DNA of 64,000 nt, taken from positions 1 to 64,000 of the forward strand of contig JBFMAY010000006.1 in the NCBI GenBank assembly GCA_040755455.1, in the 5' to 3' direction. The position numbers and the translations under genes are program-made. Positions 28,900 to 37,390 of the stretch are shown in pieces. Below the pieces are notes generated by a model that saw only the letters and a list, made by a program, of their open reading frames with translations, had not been told where the DNA came from and did no database searches. This DNA is from Thermodesulfobacteriota bacterium. Its GTDB lineage: Bacteria > Desulfobacterota > Desulfobulbia > Desulfobulbales > SURF-16. The first letter of the stretch is position 1. Each line of letters starts with the position of its first letter.

Positions 28900-31212
28900 A
28901 TGGCACTCACTAATAATTTAAACATATGCTTTATCGGTGAGCATGAGCACATATCATCTAAAGAATTTGGGGAAAAAGCATACAATTTAAACAGATTAGC
29001 AATAACAACAAAACTAGTCCCACGAGCTTTTATAATTAATACGGCTATGACCAGCAGTATAGCAACAGGAAAGTGCTCAGATGAAGATTTGAAAGTTCTT
29101 AATTATTTTTTTGATAAACTATTATCCGATTCTGTATCAAAAAAGATCATTGTAAGATCATCATCAAAGCTAGAGGATGTTGCCGAACATCAATTCCCAG
29201 GTTTATTCAAATCAATTCAAAATGTTGAAAAATTTACTTCTTTAGTCACAGCCATACGTCATATTAACAAGTCGAGCCAGTCAAAAAATATTTCAGACTA
29301 CATTATTAAGTGTGGGCTGGAGCAGCCTTTAGATCATTTAGCACTAATCGTCCAGGAACAGATTACGTTTGAGTATTCAGCTATAGTTCAAATTGACAGC
29401 GATGGTTGTCTGGTTGAGGCTTTTCATGGGCAACTTGCAGAACCAATCGGAGGCGATGCTATTCCAACGACAATTCGTATTCGATTTGCGACAGAAAAAG
29501 GAACAGTCTTATCCTCAAATCCACAGCAAATTAGCAGTGAAGTTATAAGTGAAATTTCATCGGGGATATATAGCTTAACGCAAACTCTTAACGATCAATT
29601 CAGGATGCCATTTTTGTTGGAGATGGGTTTTTGCGGTCGCACCCTGTATTTGCTACAGATTCGTAACATATTGTCCGGCCAGCAAGCTAAAGACTCAGTC
29701 AGTACCATATCGAATATTGAGTCTGCTTTTCCGTTCTTGCCAAGGAATAAGGAGATAGGCATAAAAGCAGCCGCAATGATTTTTTTTCAAAAAAAAGGGC
29801 TTTTTGATTTGCCGTTGCGCATATATGAGCCTTTTGTCGATCCCGGCGGAAACGAACTCCTATGTAAGGGGCCTGAATGGGCAAATGGCCCCTTTACTAT
29901 CAGATTTAGCCATAAAGACGATCTCAGTCTACCAAGATTATTCATTAGGACAGCAGAGGAGATATTGCCTGCGATTCGCCAGAATCGACGAGCGGAATGG
30001 GCTGTTCTGATCCATAAATTCATTGAAGTCCGACGATCATTCGAGCTTCTACTTTTTGGCAATTCAGTGTTACTGGAACATATACCGGGACTTTGGGAGA
30101 GTGAGAATCGTCTTCCTCCAGACGTACTAGAGGTTCGCAATAATTCTGGAAGAGCATGGCTATGGTGTGGCGAGAGAGAAGCAGTTACCACATTTATTAA
30201 AAAATCACAAAAGTTTATTTCTCCTCCAGTAACTAAAGAGTTAACGCAAGAATGGATAGAAAAGTTAATTATTATAATAAGGTGTTTAGCTTCTCCTATG
30301 AGTTCATGCTATCCTATTAACATCCATTTTGTTGAAGATTGTGATGGTAAATGGTATTTCTTGAATATTCGGCAAGGGTTCTTTGTGGATGAGCCGCCTC
30401 CTGTTGTCTCTCCTGTTCATGTTGTAGAAACTATAAAAGACCTAGAGAGTTGGGACCAAAAATCGTCAATTTTACTTCGAGTCTCCACAAGCCGTGGCCG
30501 AGAAGCTGATCTTCTGCCTTTGATTGATATTCTCCCGCAAGATAAATTAGACATATTTATTGATTGCGGTGTTCTGTCTCATCCGTCAATGGTGTTGCGA
30601 GAAAATAAAATCAATGTGTTCCCTGCTTACATGGCACATCCACCCATAGAATTTATCCAGAGCTACAAGGAGGTTCCCTTGGATATTGATTTTGGCATAG
30701 ATCCGATTGAAAGAATTTTAAAAGAATCAGCGCGATATACAGACAAGGAATTCCATGTTGTTACGGATAGGAATCCGATTGTCAAACAACACCTACTTGT
30801 GGTATCAAAACAGGATTTCGCTAGTATTGCGGATCTTCCTATTCATTCTTCAATGGTCAATCTCCTTGAGAGAGAAGAAGTGCGGGGACTCTATGATTAT
30901 GAGCCCTTGTTATTTGTAGAACACGGCCGTGCTAAGTTTTGTACAAGTGAATATACCAATTGTCATGCTCATGGTCATATCCTGCCACTCGAATCGTTCA
31001 AACAAAATATTGTTAAAGAATTCGTTGAGTCAACTAAAGCGGTAGAATTTTCTTCTCTGACATTGGCACTTGCCGCAGCTCGCGAGAATCCCTTTGAGTA
31101 TTTGTTACTTTGTATAAATGGTGGCAAAACTTATCTTTCATCTCCTATCCCAAAAAATGCTCAAAGAAAACGGTTCTTCCGCACCTTTTTGAAAGAACGA
31201 GAGAGAGTATGA
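28900..31212 (+). CDS. Multidomain protein: PPDK-type ATP-grasp x2, phospho-His swivel domain and HIT-like domain
   Basis: GEKAYNL, VRSS..ED..FPG, IVQEQI, LLQIR; second copy GIKA, IRFS, LEHIPG, YFLNIR; GVLSHPSMVLRE; HLLVV..FVEHG..HAHGHILP. Confidence 0.72.
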   Translation: MALTNNLNICFIGEHEHISSKEFGEKAYNLNRLAITTKLVPRAFIINTAMTSSIATGKCSDEDLKVLNYFFDKLLSDSVSKKIIVRSSSKLEDVAEHQFPGLFKSIQNVEKFTSLVTAIRHINKSSQSKNISDYIIKCGLEQPLDHLALIVQEQITFEYSAIVQIDSDGCLVEAFHGQLAEPIGGDAIPTTIRIRFATEKGTVLSSNPQQISSEVISEISSGIYSLTQTLNDQFRMPFLLEMGFCGRTLYLLQIRNILSGQQAKDSVSTISNIESAFPFLPRNKEIGIKAAAMIFFQKKGLFDLPLRIYEPFVDPGGNELLCKGPEWANGPFTIRFSHKDDLSLPRLFIRTAEEILPAIRQNRRAEWAVLIHKFIEVRRSFELLLFGNSVLLEHIPGLWESENRLPPDVLEVRNNSGRAWLWCGEREAVTTFIKKSQKFISPPVTKELTQEWIEKLIIIIRCLASPMSSCYPINIHFVEDCDGKWYFLNIRQGFFVDEPPPVVSPVHVVETIKDLESWDQKSSILLRVSTSRGREADLLPLIDILPQDKLDIFIDCGVLSHPSMVLRENKINVFPAYMAHPPIEFIQSYKEVPLDIDFGIDPIERILKESARYTDKEFHVVTDRNPIVKQHLLVVSKQDFASIADLPIHSSMVNLLEREEVRGLYDYEPLLFVEHGRAKFCTSEYTNCHAHGHILPLESFKQNIVKEFVESTKAVEFSSLTLALAAARENPFEYLLLCINGGKTYLSSPIPKNAQRKRFFRTFLKERERV

Positions 31213-31838
31213 CATTTACATCCCCTCAAAGGCCAACTGAAACTCAGGCGAGACCTCCCAGTGAGCCCCGTGATGTTATCAAGAATATTTGGCATAGAGC
31301 GCGAACTAATGCCTATGCTCATAAATTTGCGGCAGAGCATTACTCAAAGTTTGGGCGGAGATATTTCATTGCCGGGCTAATCTGTTCTATACTGAGTATT
31401 TTATGCGTAATCTTGGTCTATCTTCTTAACTCGAATGATGGACAAGCAGCAAAGTACCTAGCATCAGGTGGTATAGATAGTGGTATACTTGCGCTAATAT
31501 TTGTTTTAAGTTCCATTGTGTTGGCCCTAGCATCAATTATTTGTGAAGTGATCGGGAATAGTGAGAAATATGATATCTATGCAGCTGAGCATAGATTTTT
31601 AAACAATTCATATTTGTATATCGCTCAACGTGCTAGAGAAGCTAATTGGCCAGACATGCCTTACAGCGATGTTGTTGAACTCTTAAAAGATCTCGAAAGA
31701 GACTTTCAATTACTAAAAGTTAGGGGGAGAGATCCGGAAGACCGTTTTTTCAGAAATGCAATTGATCTATTATTAGAAATTAAAAATAATGAAAATATGC
31801 ATAAATCTCAAAGTTTTGGTCCCCCTGAAGATCCTTAG
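31209..31838 (+). CDS. Two-TM membrane protein, SLATT-like
   Basis: AH..AA..Y motif, two hydrophobic helices, then A..H...Y helical tail; ATGA overlap with the upstream gene. Confidence 0.62.
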   Translation: MTFTSPQRPTETQARPPSEPRDVIKNIWHRARTNAYAHKFAAEHYSKFGRRYFIAGLICSILSILCVILVYLLNSNDGQAAKYLASGGIDSGILALIFVLSSIVLALASIICEVIGNSEKYDIYAAEHRFLNNSYLYIAQRAREANWPDMPYSDVVELLKDLERDFQLLKVRGRDPEDRFFRNAIDLLLEIKNNENMHKSQSFGPPEDP

Positions 31839-32114
31839 TCTGTTTACTGAACATCTACCACTTTATTGATTTAACAATTTTGGCAGTGGATACGTTGACT
31901 GCCTCAAAAAGCAAAAAACACCTATTTTGAGTTAATCCTAAAGAATAATTCAAAGCCGAGATATCTCCCTAAATCTATGACCTTATCCATGAAGATATCC
32001 AATGGTAGTCTTTTTATAAAATTCCCATAGCCGAAATTAACGTTACTACTGTGCCCTCAATGTTCGACACGATAGGAAGCGATCTTCGTTGCATCCTGTC
32101 GTGACCAGAAATTG

Positions 32115-33287
32115 TTACACCAGTTGCGCCAGCACCTGATTGGCAATTGGCAGCGCTTGGCTTGACAGCCGCAGAAAACCTTTATCAAGCACAACAAGAC
32201 CCTGGCCAAGCAAGGTCTGCAGAGTGTCGCCATAATAAGCCAACGGGCTGAGGGCAAAGCGCTCCTCCAGCTCCCGGATGCTGACACCTGCCAGCATCCT
32301 GAGCCCCATGATCACTGTCTCCCGGAAGTGCGCCGGCCGGGACAGGCATTCTATTTCGCTGATCGGCTCCTCATTGCTGTTGATGCGGCGGGCATAGTCA
32401 AGCGGGTCCGCCACATTGGTCACCTTCATGCCGGAAAGCGAGCCCACCGCCCCGGCGCCCAGGGCCAGCCAGGAACTGTTCTGCCAGTAATTGATATTGT
32501 GGCGGCAGACAAAGCCCGGCCTGGCGTAGTTTGCTATCTCATAGCGCTCATAACCCCGGCTTGCCAGCAGCCCGGCAGTGACGATTTCCATGTCCGCCAC
32601 CTCATCCTCAGTGGGCAGCCGGACCTTGCCGCCGGCGACCAGGGTGGCCAGCGGGGTCTTTTCCTCCACCATCAATTCATAAAGCGAGAAGTGCTCCGGC
32701 GCGAGACCGACAGCCTGTTCAAGGGTCTGCCGCCACTCTGCAGCCGTCTGCCCAGGCAGGCCGTACATCAGATCCAAATTGATATTGGTAAAATCCGCCG
32801 CCCTGGCCATGGCAAAGGCCAGCAAGGCGTCCTCCACCGTGTGGCTGCGGCCAAGGCTTTTGAGCCGGGCTGGGGCGAAGGACTGGACGCCGATACTGAG
32901 CCGGTTCACCCCTGCCTCACGCAGGGCCTGCAGCTTGGCCAGGGACAGGGTGTTGGGATTGCTCTCCACCGTGATTTCCGGCTCCGGGCAGAAAGAAAAA
33001 GCGGTCAGGCAGTTGTGGATCACTTGGCCGAGCAGGGCAGGGTCACAGATGGTGGGGGTGCCGCCGCCAATATAGAGCGAAAAGAAGGTATGGCCGCGGC
33101 ACCAGGGATGGCCGGCCATGCGGCGGATATGTCTGGTTAAGGCCTGCAGGTAGCCGGCGATTTCCGCGACGCGTCCGGCATGGGAGTTAAAGGCGCAGTA
33201 CGGGCATTTAGTTTTGCAGAAGGGAATATGCAGGTAGATTGCCGCCTGATCACGTCGAGCCGGGGGATTTAGAGCAGGGCAAGACAT
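32115..33287 (-). CDS. hemW: Radical SAM heme chaperone HemW
   Basis: YLHIPFCKTKCPYCAF, GGGTP, DLMYGLPGQ, YEIANY, HNINYW. Confidence 0.92.
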   Translation of the reverse strand: MSCPALNPPARRDQAAIYLHIPFCKTKCPYCAFNSHAGRVAEIAGYLQALTRHIRRMAGHPWCRGHTFFSLYIGGGTPTICDPALLGQVIHNCLTAFSFCPEPEITVESNPNTLSLAKLQALREAGVNRLSIGVQSFAPARLKSLGRSHTVEDALLAFAMARAADFTNINLDLMYGLPGQTAAEWRQTLEQAVGLAPEHFSLYELMVEEKTPLATLVAGGKVRLPTEDEVADMEIVTAGLLASRGYERYEIANYARPGFVCRHNINYWQNSSWLALGAGAVGSLSGMKVTNVADPLDYARRINSNEEPISEIECLSRPAHFRETVIMGLRMLAGVSIRELEERFALSPLAYYGDTLQTLLGQGLVVLDKGFLRLSSQALPIANQVLAQLV

Positions 33288-33994
33288 TCGCTTTTGATTT
33301 CATCCATCATGCCGTGGTCAGCAAAGCTGAAGGGACTGTCGCCTGCCCCGACGATGAGATGGTCAAGGAGCTGCACGTCGATCACCGCACAGGCCAGAAA
33401 CAGGTTTCTGGTGAGCTTGCGGTCGGCGGCGGACGGGGTCAGGCTGCCGGAGGGATGATTATGGGCAATGACCACGGCGGCGGCGTGGTTGGCCAGAATG
33501 GTCTTGATGAATTCCCTGGGGTAGACCGTGTTAACCGACAGGGTGCCCTCAAAGAGGATTTTCGTGTCAATGATGGCGAATGAGGCATCAAGAAAAATGG
33601 CCTGAAACACCTCTTTTTTCAGATCCCGCATGGAGTGGATGAGATAGTCCGCCACATCCCGGGAAGAGCGCAGGTAGTTTTTGCTGCGCAGGCGCTGGTT
33701 GAGATAACGGCGGGCGACGCTCTGGATGAAGTGGATGGCGAAACTGTTCTGGCTGCCGATGCCGGCAACCGTCTGCAGTTCAAAGGGGGTGGCCTCCAGC
33801 ACCGCGGCCAGGCTGCCGAATTTCTGCAGCAGCAGCCGGGCGCTCTCCTTGCAGTCGCGCCGCGGGGTTCCCAGGGTAAGGAGCAGCTCCAGCACCTCGT
33901 CGTCATTTAAGGCGTCAATGCCCCGCCCGGCAAATTTATCGCGCAGCCGCTGGCGATGCCCCTTGCCTTTATCCTGCTCCCTGCTGTTATCCAT
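33269..33994 (-). CDS. radC: RadC family JAB-domain protein
   Basis: GHRQRLR, HhH, VYPRE, AHNHPSG, LLDHLI. Confidence 0.92.
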   Translation of the reverse strand: MDNSREQDKGKGHRQRLRDKFAGRGIDALNDDEVLELLLTLGTPRRDCKESARLLLQKFGSLAAVLEATPFELQTVAGIGSQNSFAIHFIQSVARRYLNQRLRSKNYLRSSRDVADYLIHSMRDLKKEVFQAIFLDASFAIIDTKILFEGTLSVNTVYPREFIKTILANHAAAVVIAHNHPSGSLTPSAADRKLTRNLFLACAVIDVQLLDHLIVGAGDSPFSFADHGMMDEIKSECLALL

Positions 33995-34063
33995 TAACTG
34001 AAAGTGAAAAGTGAGGCGTGGAGTGAGCGCGGGAGAGGTCGCTCACGGAACTATTTGCGGGGG

Positions 34064-34135
34064 GTAGGAGCGGGCCATGCCCGCGATAATCCTGTTTCCG
34101 CAATGTTAAAGGTCGCGGGCATGGCCCGCTCCTAC
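34064..34135. repeat. REP doublet (REPIN-like): 23-bp perfect inverted repeat
   Basis: GTAGGAGCGGGCCATGCCCGCGA (34064-34086) and TCGCGGGCATGGCCCGCTCCTAC (34113-34135); GTAG foot. Confidence 0.8.
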
Positions 34136-34184
34136 AAAGATGACATACAAAATTGCTTCTCACTTCTCACGCCTTAATTTTCGC

Positions 34185-35618
34185 TTATTTGCTGAGTTCC
34201 TGCATGAAAAGTTCATTGGCCATCTGGGGATTGGCCTTGCCCTTGGTCTTCTGCATGAGCTGGCCGACAAAAAAGCCCATGAGCTTGGTCTTGCCGCCCT
34301 TGAAATCGGCCACCTGCTGGGGGTTTTCCCGCAGAATCCGCTGCACGATGTCAAGCAGGTCGCCCGCATCGCTCATCTGTACAAGGTTCTTTTCCTTGAC
34401 AATGGTCTGGGCGTCCTTGCCGCTGTTCATCATCTCGTCAAAAACGGTCTTGGCGATCTTGCCGCTGATGGTGCCCTTGTCAATCAGGGCAAGCAGGGCG
34501 GCAAGATTCTCCGGAGAAACGGGGAAGGCAAGGATATCAAGGCCGTCTTCCCCTTTGAGTTCGCGCAGCATCTCGGTTTTGATCCAGTTGCTCAGTTTCT
34601 TGGCCTGGGGATAGAGGGCCAGGGCCGCTTCAAAATAATCGGCCAGTTCCCGGGACGAGGTGAGGACCGCAGCGTCCTCGTCGTTAAATTGCAGTTCGTC
34701 GATGAAACGTTGTTTCTTGGCGTCGGGCAGCTCGGGCATGGCTTCTTTCAGCCGGGCGATCCACGCCTCATCAATGACCACCGGCACAAGGTCTGGATCA
34801 GGGAAATAGCGGTAATCGTGGGCCTCTTCCTTGCCGCGCATGGAGTTGGTGACGTTGCGGTCCGCGTCCCACAGCAGGGTCTCCTGCACCACCTGGCCGC
34901 CGTCTAGCAGAATATCACGCTGGCGCCGCACCTCAAACTCCAGGGCCCGCTGCACATTGCGGAAGGAGTTCATGTTCTTTAACTCGGTGCGGGTGCCGAA
35001 CTCTTTTTGTCCCACCGGCCGCAGGGAGATATTGGCGTCACAGCGGAAGCTGCCTTCCTGCATGTTGCCGTCGCAGATATCAAGATAGCGGAGAATGGCA
35101 TGCAGCTTTTTCAGGTAGGCGGCCGCCTCTTCCGGGGAACGGATGTCGGGCTCGCTGACGATCTCGATGAGCGGCACGCCGGTGCGGTTCAGATCCACAT
35201 AGCTCTGCGGCTTGACCGGGTCATGGATGAGTTTGCCGGCATCCTCTTCCATGTGGATGCGGGTCAGGCCGATGCGGCGGGCCTTGCCGTCAACCTCGAT
35301 ATCCACATGGCCATGCCGGGCGATGGGCAAGTCAAACTGGGAAATCTGATAGCCCTTGGGCAGGTCCGGATAGAAGTAGTTTTTCCGGGCGAACTGGTTG
35401 CATCTGACTATTTCGCAGTTGGTGGCAATGGCCATTTTTAGAGCGAATTCAACCACCTGCCGGTTGAGCACCGGCAAAACCCCCGGCATGCCGAGACAGA
35501 CCGGGCAGGTATTGGTATTGGGCGGTTTGCCGAATTCAGTGGTGCAGCCGCAGAAAATTTTCGATCTGGTCTTCAGCTGGGCATGGATTTCAAGCCCGAT
35601 TACAGTTTCAAATTCCAT
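34185..35618 (-). CDS. gatB: Asp/Glu-tRNA amidotransferase subunit B
   Basis: [44 protein letters not shown]; start at MEFETV. Confidence 0.96.
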   Translation of the reverse strand: MEFETVIGLEIHAQLKTRSKIFCGCTTEFGKPPNTNTCPVCLGMPGVLPVLNRQVVEFALKMAIATNCEIVRCNQFARKNYFYPDLPKGYQISQFDLPIARHGHVDIEVDGKARRIGLTRIHMEEDAGKLIHDPVKPQSYVDLNRTGVPLIEIVSEPDIRSPEEAAAYLKKLHAILRYLDICDGNMQEGSFRCDANISLRPVGQKEFGTRTELKNMNSFRNVQRALEFEVRRQRDILLDGGQVVQETLLWDADRNVTNSMRGKEEAHDYRYFPDPDLVPVVIDEAWIARLKEAMPELPDAKKQRFIDELQFNDEDAAVLTSSRELADYFEAALALYPQAKKLSNWIKTEMLRELKGEDGLDILAFPVSPENLAALLALIDKGTISGKIAKTVFDEMMNSGKDAQTIVKEKNLVQMSDAGDLLDIVQRILRENPQQVADFKGGKTKLMGFFVGQLMQKTKGKANPQMANELFMQELSK

Positions 35619-35759
35619 AGTTGTTGTGCAAGGCAGCCCTTCCACAAGGAAGCGGCGCGCCTTCATCCTTCGTTACGGTCCGTGGCCGGACCATGCAGGT
35701 TAATAATCCGGTAAAAACTCGCCGGTCTCTTTTAACAAGCGGCCGGCAACAAGAAAGGG

Positions 35760-36299
35760 TTACTCTGGCTTGCGGATCCATTGGCGGATGCGGGCCAGCT
35801 CTTCCTGCCAGGCGGCCGGACTTGTACGGATGTCAAGGAAGACGCGGAAAAGCTCGTCAATAGTCCGGGTTGCCGTCTCCAGCATGCCGATCCGGTCAAG
35901 CAGGCGGCCTTCGACTGCTTCCGCCGCCTCGCCTTCCTCGGAGGCGGCCATGGTTTTGGGCGGTTTGACACTGCGGAATTCCAGCAGACTGGCCTTCAGG
36001 GTCATATGCCATTCATAGTCGCCCTGGACCAGATGGATGCGGGCCTGCTCCAGTTTTTTGCCCATGCGCAGCCCTGTGCGGGCTTCGTTCAATTCAGCCT
36101 GCAGGCCCTGGCAGATGATCTTTTCAAAGGCCTCGCCCTCACCATACTCCAGCAGCATGTGTTTTTCAAAAACAAGCTGGATGTCGCCGGTGCCGGGCAG
36201 CAGTACCGTGCCGCCCCGCTCTTCGCTCTTATACCAGAGCCAGGTAAGGAACTCCTGGCCGAGAAATCTTTTTTCGACAATTAAATCAACTAAGTCCAT
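35760..36299 (-). CDS. Conserved hypothetical protein (probable C-terminal half of RdgC-like protein)
   Basis: FLGQEFLTWLW, EARTGLRMGK; co-oriented downstream of RdgC-like gene. Confidence 0.65.
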   Translation of the reverse strand: MDLVDLIVEKRFLGQEFLTWLWYKSEERGGTVLLPGTGDIQLVFEKHMLLEYGEGEAFEKIICQGLQAELNEARTGLRMGKKLEQARIHLVQGDYEWHMTLKASLLEFRSVKPPKTMAASEEGEAAEAVEGRLLDRIGMLETATRTIDELFRVFLDIRTSPAAWQEELARIRQWIRKPE

Positions 36300-36310
36300 A
36301 AATGGCCCTT

Positions 36311-36916
36311 TCAGATGAGGATATCAGGGGTAAGCCGGGAAAGGGCATCGTGATATTCCGGTTTGAGAAGATGCTCCGCCGTGAGATAGGGGATCTGCAG
36401 GCGCAGCGTGAGATCAAAGGTCTTCTTGAAGAAGTCTTCCAACTCGGTCTGGGCCTTCTGGCTGGTGGAAAAAAAGAGCAGGGTGCCCTCGGAAAGATTC
36501 CAGCAGAGATCATAGGTGGCCGGCGCCGGCATTGCTTTTTTCAGCAGCATCAGCTTGACGTTTTCCTTGATCTCGATTTTCTGCGCCCGGCTCAGTTTGG
36601 GGATCTGCCTTTCCTTCAGCAGCCGGGCCTCCTCCTTCATGGTGAATTTCTTCAGCACCTTGGGCGCCACCGTGCGTTCATCCACCCGCAGGGAGAGCAC
36701 CAAGTGGTCACCGACGGCAAAGGAGGCATATTCAAAGGAGGAGTCAAACATGCTCAGCACGGAAACCCAGCCGACAGAGCGTTCTTCAAAATTGTCGTCA
36801 ATATCCCGGTACGCATTCTGCGCAATCCGCTCGGCGGCGAAATCCAGGAAATTGGGAGGCAGCTCGCCTTCAACCGCATAGCGGACAAAGGTTGCCGAAG
36901 AGGATAAAAGCCCCAT
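36311..36916 (-). CDS. rdgC: Recombination-associated protein RdgC-like (N-terminal half)
   Basis: ERSVGWV, LRVDERTVAP..L, EIKENV..LL..A.P pattern of RdgC; start at MGLLSSS. Confidence 0.7.
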   Translation of the reverse strand: MGLLSSSATFVRYAVEGELPPNFLDFAAERIAQNAYRDIDDNFEERSVGWVSVLSMFDSSFEYASFAVGDHLVLSLRVDERTVAPKVLKKFTMKEEARLLKERQIPKLSRAQKIEIKENVKLMLLKKAMPAPATYDLCWNLSEGTLLFFSTSQKAQTELEDFFKKTFDLTLRLQIPYLTAEHLLKPEYHDALSRLTPDILI

Positions 36917-37086
36917 ATGTGAAAACCTTAGAGGTAAAAGTAATCTGACGCAGCGATTTTTGTTTAAAATATTGATGGGCAAGGATAGCAGACCTGCGCC
37001 GCTATCTCAAGGGATTTTCCAGAGGAAAAAAAACAGACGGATTCTCCTTGATATGGACAAAAAAAATAAAATAGATTAAAAGGGTG

Positions 37087-37115
37087 TTGACAAACGAAAT
37101 CGACTGATGTAAAAA
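37087..37115 (+). promoter_or_regulatory. Sigma-70-like promoter of the tRNA operon
   Basis: TTGACA-N17-TAAAAA with AT-rich upstream tract. Confidence 0.6.
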
Positions 37116-37132
37116 AACCGCTTCTTGTGTAG

Positions 37133-37208
37133 GGGTCGTTAACTCAGTCGGTAGAGTATCTGCCTTTTAAGCAGAGAGTCGCGCGTTCGAGTCGCGCACG
37201 ACCCACCA
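37133..37208 (+). tRNA. tRNA-Lys(UUU)
   Basis: Acceptor GGGTCGT/ACGACCC, anticodon arm TCTGC-CTTTTAA-GCAGA, GTTCGA, encoded CCA. Confidence 0.96.
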
Positions 37209-37214
37209 ATGAAT

Positions 37215-37292
37215 GTCCCTATCGTCTAGTCAGGTCCAGGACACCGGCCTTTCACGCCGGCAACAGGGGTTCAAATCCCCTTGGGGACGCCA
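37215..37292 (+). tRNA. tRNA-Glu(UUC)
   Basis: Acceptor GTCCCTA/TGGGGAC, anticodon arm CCGGC-CTTTCAC-GCCGG, GTTCAAAT, encoded CCA. Confidence 0.96.
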
Positions 37293-37301
37293 AGGAAATT
37301 C

Positions 37302-37336
37302 AAGGAGTTAGCTCATTTGGGCTAACTCCTTTTTTT
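37302..37336 (+). terminator. Rho-independent terminator
   Basis: AAGGAGTTAGCTC-ATTT-GGGCTAACTCCTT followed by a T-run. Confidence 0.85.
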
Positions 37337-37390
37337 GTTTGTGGGCTCCTGTTGAGGGCTCAATGCTTCCGTCTCTTCCCCCTTTTCTTG

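Noticed and set aside
8275..35618. gatCA separated from gatB by ~24 kb
   Set aside because: Split gat operons are common and all three genes look intact
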